DNA of 7,114 nucleotides from a virus (Duplodnaviria; Heunggongvirae; Uroviricota; Caudoviricetes): IMG/VR virus record IMGVR_UViG_2698536312_000011; one strand, 5' to 3'. Shown piece by piece: positions 6,190 to 7,114 of this stretch (position 1 is its first letter; each line of letters starts with the position of its first letter). The notes under the pieces were generated by a model. It saw only the letters and a program-made list of their open reading frames with translations, ran no database searches and was not told where the DNA came from. The position numbers and the translations under genes were made by a program.

Positions 6190-6199
6190 GGAATTAACA

Positions 6200-6490
6200 A
6201 TGAAAACAATGAAGCTAAACATCGACCTCGGCAAATACGTTATTACCGGAACCAAACACGACCTGATTCTTAGCGAAAGAGGAATTATCAAAGAAGGTGA
6301 GAATGCAGGGAAAGAAACACTAAGTCGTATCGGTTATTACAGCAAGTTTGAGCATCTGGTTAAAGAGTTATGCAACCGTGAAATCCTGTTATCTCAGGCG
6401 CAGACGCTACAGGATATTCAGCAGCATATCGAAACTTTAGGTGTGTCACTTAGCATGGCCGTTGACCAGTTCGTTGAGAGTAAATCATGA
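6200..6490 (+). CDS. Hypothetical protein, 96 aa
   Basis: ATG at 6200 with GAGGA 8 nt upstream, chosen over the ORF-track start at 6047, which would overlap the previous gene by 143 nt in another frame. Confidence 0.5.
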   Translation: MKTMKLNIDLGKYVITGTKHDLILSERGIIKEGENAGKETLSRIGYYSKFEHLVKELCNREILLSQAQTLQDIQQHIETLGVSLSMAVDQFVESKS

Positions 6491-6654
6491 GAGGACTTGC
6501 ATACAATCCCGGCATTCTTCCGGCAGAAATGATTATTCGCCAGCGCGTAAAGCCAATGCCATCGAGAGAGGAATTGCTTAAGAGAAAGAGTTTCGGTTCT
6601 GTTAATGACAACAAATATCTGAATGCGATGTGGCGCAAAGGAGGCAACCAGTGA
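6487..6654 (+). CDS. Hypothetical small protein, 55 aa
   Basis: ATG overlaps the upstream stop (ATGA at 6487-6490) and its own stop overlaps the next start (GTGA at 6651-6654). Missed by the ORF track because it is short. Confidence 0.4.
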   Translation: MRGLAYNPGILPAEMIIRQRVKPMPSREELLKRKSFGSVNDNKYLNAMWRKGGNQ

Positions 6655-7114
6655 GCAAGATTGACTATCAGGCACTGCGTGCCAAGGCAGAAAAAGCAAC
6701 TAAAGGAAGCTACATCGTAGGGCATACATCTGTTAATCGGCACGGCAATTTAACAGGAGTTTTTGTTTGTCAAAAATGGAAAGGAGAACCCGGTGGTGTG
6801 ATTGCGGAATGTCATGTTAACTGCCTGGTTGAAACAGATGTTCAGGCTTATGCAAACGCTGAATTTATTGCTGCTTTTAATCCAAATGTTGCGCTGGCAC
6901 TACTGGATGAACGGGAAAGAAACCTGCAATACATCAAAAGCCGCGATCAGGAGAACGAGGAAATTGCGCTAACGGTAGGGAAGTTGCGTGTTGAGCTGGA
7001 AGCAGCAGAGAACAACCTTATTGATAGTGAATGCCATGTTGCTGAACTGGAAGAAGCGCTACGCGATAAGCAGGCGTTACTTGAAGCCTCAGAAAAGCGC
7101 ATAGCAGAACTGGA
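6651..7114 (+). CDS. Ead/Ea22-like protein, N-terminal 154 codons; continues beyond the window
   Basis: GTG start with strong Shine-Dalgarno (AAGGAGG) 6 nt upstream. The frame is open to the window end. The segment [34 protein letters not shown] closely matches the conserved core of lambda Ea22 and Ead/Ea22-like prophage proteins as I recall them. Confidence 0.8.
   Translation, partial: MSKIDYQALRAKAEKATKGSYIVGHTSVNRHGNLTGVFVCQKWKGEPGGVIAECHVNCLVETDVQAYANAEFIAAFNPNVALALLDERERNLQYIKSRDQENEEIALTVGKLRVELEAAENNLIDSECHVAELEEALRDKQALLEASEKRIAEL

Noticed and set aside
6047-6199. ORF-track 147-aa start at 6047
   Set aside because: It would overlap the preceding 98-aa gene by 143 nt in another frame. 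ATG 6200 with GAGGA upstream is preferred.
3702-6743. Minus-strand and alternate-frame ORFs within the prophage operon (3702..3971, 4403..4780, 4893..5264, 4988..5227, 5113..5307, 5642..5824, 5969..6163, 6418..6699, 6450..6743)
   Set aside because: All are embedded antisense or out of frame within better-supported plus-strand genes, and none has a convincing ribosome-binding site.

Overview
The window spans a junction between an E. coli/Shigella-type flagellar locus and the early-left (pL) operon of a lambdoid prophage, with a complete IS630 copy at the junction. Everything below is read from the sequence and from memory of reference proteins; no searches were run. Left part: the 3' end of fliZ (with a possible premature stop) and a complete fliY/tcyJ gene. 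Middle: a 1153-bp IS630 (1186..2338, transposase on the minus strand, flanked by TA). Right part (2341 to the end): a lambda-pL-like promoter with a palindromic operator, a nutL boxB, a long N-leader stem, then a tightly packed plus-strand operon: N, two uncharacterised genes (one soluble, one two-TM membrane protein), cIII (apparent nonsense allele), kil, a small unknown ORF, a Sak4-like ATPase plus SSB-like gene, three small unknown ORFs, and the start of an Ead/Ea22-like gene. No repressor gene lies upstream of pL in the window. The best candidate for an undescribed system is the two-gene cassette directly after N (3155..4044), which sits where lambdoid phages carry exclusion/defence morons. 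No rRNA, tRNA or CRISPR array was seen.
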